Positions 59,306-64,000 of a stretch of DNA of 64,000 nt are shown in pieces (within the stretch, counting starts at the first letter, position 1; each line of letters opens with the position of its first letter). The notes beneath the pieces are model-generated. The model searched no databases and was not told the origin of the DNA. It was given only the letters and a program-made list of their open reading frames with translations. The DNA lies in assembly GCF_006345805.1 (NCBI RefSeq), contig NC_043005.1, positions 29,326,001 through 29,390,000 of the forward strand, read 5' to 3'. Made by a program: the position numbers and the translations under genes. This DNA is from Octopus sinensis (lineage: Eukaryota).

Positions 59306-61545
59306 ACAGAAAGGATGTAATGAACAGAAAGGATGTAAACGTGGATCCTACGGCTGTAAAGACCAACTACTCATCAATAAGATGATCATAGAAGATTGTC
59401 ACAAACGACACAAAACTTATCAATAGCCTGGATAGACTATAAAAAGGCTTTTGATAGCCTATCACATAGCTGGATTAGGAAATGCCTGGAAATGTATAAG
59501 ATAGCACCTACTCTGCGAAACTTCTTGACTGTAAGTATGAGATCATGGAGAACTACACTAACTCTGAACAGTGACAATGAATCCCTAAATGCTGGTGATG
59601 TAAAAATTTCGTGTGGCATTTTCCAGGGTGACTCACTGTCACCACTCCTCTTTTGTTTATCCTTAATACCTCTCTCAAAGCTGCTCAATGACGCGCAGTA
59701 CGGGTATAAGATGTTTGATAAAAATATAAATCATCTCATTTACATGGATGATTTAAAGCTTTTTGCAAAAAATGACCAACAACTCAAGGGCTTACTAGCG
59801 ATAGTCAAACAATTCAGTGACGACATCAGAATGCAATTCGGCCTCGATAAATGTGCAAAAGCTACCTTTATCAAAGGAAAAATGACAGAAACATCTAACG
59901 TTAACCTTGACCAGCAGAATGTCATAAAAGAACTAGACCCAGCGGAGAGCTACAAGTGCCTAGGGGTAATTGAAGGGAACGGAATAAGGCATTCAGAGAT
60001 GAAGGAAAGGATCAGGAGAGAATGCTATCGAAGAGTGAGAGCAATACTCAAGACAGAGCTGAATGCAAGAAACAGGATCGAAGCGATCAATGCATTAGCC
60101 ATACCAGTCGTGACTTACAGTTTCAATATTGTTAACTGGTCAATTACTGAAATATGTCAGCTCGACAGAAAAATAAGGAAACTGTTGACAATGCATAGAA
60201 TGCACCACCCTAAGGCAGATACAGAACGACTCTATCTGCCAAGAAAAGAGGGAGGCCGTGGTCTTTTGCAACTGGCAATAACAATGAAGATTGCTACAAT
60301 TGGCCTAGACACCTACAAGAAAAACTCTGAGGACTGGATGTTAAAACTTGTCTCAAAACATGAAAACAAGAAAGCATCATACTCAGTCACAAAACAGACA
60401 AAGGAATATCTAAGTGAATTCCGAATACAACCAATTTCGGAATTAGAGATAGACATACAAGAAACAAGCACAGAAAAAGCTAGGCGCATGAAAACCCGTG
60501 CCAAAACTGCGGCCTTAGATATTCTGAATAATAAATGGCAAGAAAAACCTCTCTATGGCAAATACCCAAAGAGAGCGAATAATGCAGATATCGACAAAGC
60601 CCTGACCCATCAATGGCTAATGGCCTCTGGCTTAAAATCTGAAACAGAGGGGTTTATCATAGCAGCTCAAGATCAATGCCTACCAACAAGAAACTACCAG
60701 GCCAACATATTAAAGAACGACAGTAGCCCAACATGTCGTGTATGCCGACAACAAAATGAAACCATTGATCATGTTGTCTCCAAATGCAGTCTTCTAGCGC
60801 CTACAGAGTACCTCAGTAGGCATGATAGAGCTGCACAATATATTCACTGGGTAATTTGCAAAAACCTGGATTTGCCCCATGAAAAAAACTGGTGGGAACA
60901 CAATCCACCTCCAGTGCTTGAAAATGACCACATCTCACTCCTCTGGAACTTCACCATTCAAACTGACAGGAAGATAGATGCAAATAGGCCATACATCATA
61001 TTGAAAGACTTCAGACAAAGAACATGCCTCCTCATTGATATGACTGTCCCAATCGATATAAACGTATCTGTCAAGACCTACCAAAAACTGAGCAAATATA
61101 AAGATCTTGAAATAGAAATCAGCAAAATGTGGAAGCTGAAGACTAAAACAATACCTGTTGTCATAGGTGCCCTGGGAATGATAGCGAAAGGGACTGATTG
61201 CTACCTAACTCAGATACCAGGAAACCCCAAAATGGCAGAAATTCAAAAAATAGTGCTCATGGGAACTGCTCATATCCTACGCAAAATACTCTCTATGTAA
61301 TCCCAAGGTTTAAAACAAACTTTTTTTTATTTTTATTTTTTTATTTTTTATTATTTTTTATTATTATTTTAATTTTTATTTTTATGTATTAGACATTCAC
61401 TAGTACAACACACCCCCCCCCCCCCAATATATGGCACAGAACTTCCAACCTGTTGTCTCTTGAGGTCTCTGGGTGAGAATTGGAGCCAACTTGTACAGAC
61501 ATAAAGCAAAAGTCAAACATAGAATAATAATAATAATAATAATAA
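59301..61545 (+). mobile_element. 5'-truncated R4/Dong-type non-LTR retrotransposon in (AAT)n
   Basis: Begins at RT motif EQKGC within an (AAT)n tract, with a 3' UTR ending in (AAT)n at ~61524-61543. Confidence 0.9.
59396..61300 (+). pseudogene. RT + CCHC zinc knuckle + restriction-like endonuclease ORF (634 codons open; N-terminus lost)
   Basis: AWIDYKKAFDS, GIFQGDSLSPLLF, HLIYMDDLKL, CRVC…TIDHVVSKC, RHD, RPYI (PD motif mutated), IDMTVP, KYKDL, IPVVIGALG. An upstream frameshift at ~59415 links to EQKGC…[10 protein letters not shown]. Confidence 0.9.
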
Positions 61546-61554
61546 AAGAAGAAG

Positions 61555-61685
61555 AAACAGCAGAAAGTTTGTCTCTTAGAGACGGCATGGATAACCAGAA
61601 GAGTTCTAAGCACTTGAAAGTCTGTGGAAATCTTGTGGATATCTAAGGTTACAGGTAGCCTAACCGAGGTAATAATAATAATCCT
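61555..61685 (+). mobile_element. Tiny 3' fragment of another R4/Dong-type LINE inserted in the tail of the preceding copy
   Basis: QQKVCLLETAWITRRVLST* mirrors the C-terminal QKIVLMGTAHILRKILSM*. Short UTR, then (TAA)n. Confidence 0.6.
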
Positions 61686-61812
61686 TTCAACTATAGGAAC
61701 AAGGCCTGAAAGTTTGAGGGAGGGGGCTAATCGATTGATCACGTCGACCCCAGTGCGTAACTGGTACTTATTTTATCGACCCCGAAAGATTGAGAGGCAA
61801 AGTTGACCTCAG
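61686..61812 (-). mobile_element. SINE family B 3' half
   Basis: …CGACCCCAGTGCGTAACTGGTACTTATTTTATCGACCCCGAAAG. Confidence 0.8.
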
Positions 61813-62247
61813 CAACGCATATAAGCGGAAGTAAAATGTATGTATAAATATCTGTTTGTGAGTGTGTATATTCGAATGAATCTATAATGTTTGCCTGAAT
61901 TTAACAGCGGAGGGGAAAAAAATAGAATTGTGACGTGCTTCCACAGATTGCTGACACACAAGATAGCACGTGATTCATTCAAGGACCGATTTATGACGTT
62001 AAAACGGAAAAGTATTAATTTTTAAAGCATAAATGACGTGATATTGTGTTTATTCACCTTGTTTTGGATATTTTCTAATAGCTTTCGAGTTATCTGAAAT
62101 AAATCCATGGGGGAGAGTTAAAATAATGGGCGGCTCATAAAACTTGTCTCAAACCGAAAGTTACCACGTTATGCGCGCGCAATCATGTAAATCTACATAT
62201 ATGCATGTTTCTCTCTCTCTCTCTTTCTCTCTATTTCTCTCTCTCTC

Positions 62248-62284
<37 letters not shown>

Positions 62285-62479
62285 ACATTGTAAGGTTATA
62301 TATGTAATAGTGTATGTATATTTATATGTGTAAATAAGGATAAGATCGTTATTTAATATTCCGATCATGTCAAATGGCCAGCATGGGAATTAAGGGTACC
62401 TAAAAGATACCACCATGCAAGAAATAGCAGTCAAAACTTAACTCTAAAGCCACATCAAATATTCATACATATATTTCTA

Positions 62480-62779
62480 TACAGTTCTATATATAAGAAA
62501 TGAGGAATTATGTACATTATTTACATTTGACGGATATTTGTCTTCATCTTGTTTGTCGTTAAGAGCGCGGGCTACTAACCCCAAGATTCCGAGTTCGATT
62601 CCAGGTAGTGACCTGAATAACAACAACAACAACAGTAATAATATTGAAAAGTAGCTTAGGAATGAGAACCCAGGTTCGAAATTTCACCAAGACACCTGAT
62701 GAAGGTATATCAGCCAAAACGTTGTGTTAGCAACAAACAAGATGAAGACAAATATCCGTCAAATGTAAATAATGTAAAT
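62480..62779 (+). mobile_element. tRNA-headed, hammerhead-bearing short element (copy 2) preceded by an inverted copy of its own 3' end
   Basis: 62480-62555 is the reverse complement of the tail. Then GTTAAGAGCGCGGGCTACTAACCCC…GAGTTCGATTCC, (AAC)n, GACAC-CTGATGA-AGG(deletion)…CAGCC-AAAAC-GTT-GTGTT and tail. Confidence 0.8.
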
Positions 62780-63209
62780 ATATTTGTATGTGTGATTTAA
62801 TTTACTCCCCAAGGTCGCGATAAAATGACTATGGACTTTCATTATATAATGAATATTTCATAAGTGTTCGTACATAACCATTGCTCATATTCAGGTTTTA
62901 TTTCACCTATACGTTGCTTAAACAGCTCTAACCAGGGAATAAATGCAATACGTCTGCCTCGATATTTTGTTTGCTATTTTATATTCCGCAACTAAATGAG
63001 ACTTCCTGAATTTTCAGTTTGTGTGAAACGCACACTTCGACTGAAACATTGCCCCTTGATACACATTCTGTCGGCCAGTATTCGCAGGAGTGCTGACTGG
63101 GGCAGTTGTCCTGATTCCTTTCCCCCTCCCCTCTCTCACCATTTATGTGTAAGCATATATGTGTGTGTGTGTGTGTATGTGTGTGTGTGTGGTGTGTGTG
63201 TGTGTATGT

Positions 63210-63292
<83 letters not shown>

Positions 63293-63293
<1 letters not shown>

Positions 63294-63690
63294 GGCGCAG
63301 AAGTGGCCTATATGGTTCCGGATTCAGTCCCACTGCGTGGCACCTTGGTCAAGTGTCTTCTACTATAGCCTCGGGCCGACCGAAACTTTGTGAGTGGATT
63401 TGGTAGATGGAAACTGAAAGAAGCCCGATATATATGTACATATAGATAGATATATGTGTGGGTGTATGTATTTATGTATATATATGTTTGGGCGTCTGTG
63501 TTTATCCCTTCCCCAACATCGCTTGACGACCGATGCTGGTGTGTTTACGCCCCTGTAACTTAGCGGTTCGGAAAAAGAAACCGATAGAATAAGAACTAGG
63601 CTTACAAAGAATAAATCATGAGGGCGATTTGCTCGACTAAAGGCGGTGCTCCAGCATGGCCGCGGTCAAATGACTGAAACAAATAATCGA
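63293..63690 (+). mobile_element. SINE family A
   Basis: Head, TA/TG tract and tail as in the other copies. Confidence 0.88.
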
Positions 63691-64000
63691 AAAAATATAC
63701 ATATGTATGTATGTGTGTGTGTGTGTGTGTATGTATATATGTATGTATATATACATATATATTTATACATACATACATACATACATACATACATACATAC
63801 ATACATACATACATACATACATACATACATACATACATACATACACACACTTGTATACGCATGCACCCGCGCACGTATATCATGGCTTGTAAAACTGTAT
63901 AGAGATAGACATATCAGTCAAATTAATCTCAAACACGGTCCGATTTTCAGTTTCTTTAATTTTTGTATTTTTACGATTTGACATAGTTTCATATTTCAAT

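Overview
AT-rich, microsatellite-saturated animal genomic DNA that is essentially all repeats. I found no host protein-coding gene, true tRNA or rRNA gene, or CRISPR array. The SINE repertoire looks to me like Octopus (cephalopod), but this is recognition from memory and not verifiable here. Identifiable coding remnants are all transposon-derived: a near full-length, frameshifted Penelope-like element (PLE; minus strand, 22461-26800) with an extra upstream 428-aa ORF; a second decayed PLE GIY-YIG fragment; a 5'-truncated CR1-type LINE; four pieces of R4/Dong-type (REL endonuclease) LINEs, all in (AAT)n tracts; three mariner copies; two DD37D/maT-like ends; a Chapaev3-like transposase; Helitron and pogo scraps; and several MITE-like palindromes. 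There are also >25 copies of a few tRNA-derived SINE families. The most interesting signal is a dispersed set of minimal type-I hammerhead-ribozyme (HHR)-like motifs. One sits in the 3' end of the autonomous-type PLE and two in a ~440-bp palindrome. One more is in a small element present twice (42647-43120, 62480-62779) that fuses a tRNA-like Pol III head to an HHR-bearing tail and inserts with PLE-style inverted ends, making it a candidate Penelope-dependent, ribozyme-carrying SINE. A 100-N scaffold gap lies at 6479-6578. Coordinates of decayed elements are approximate (tens of bp).
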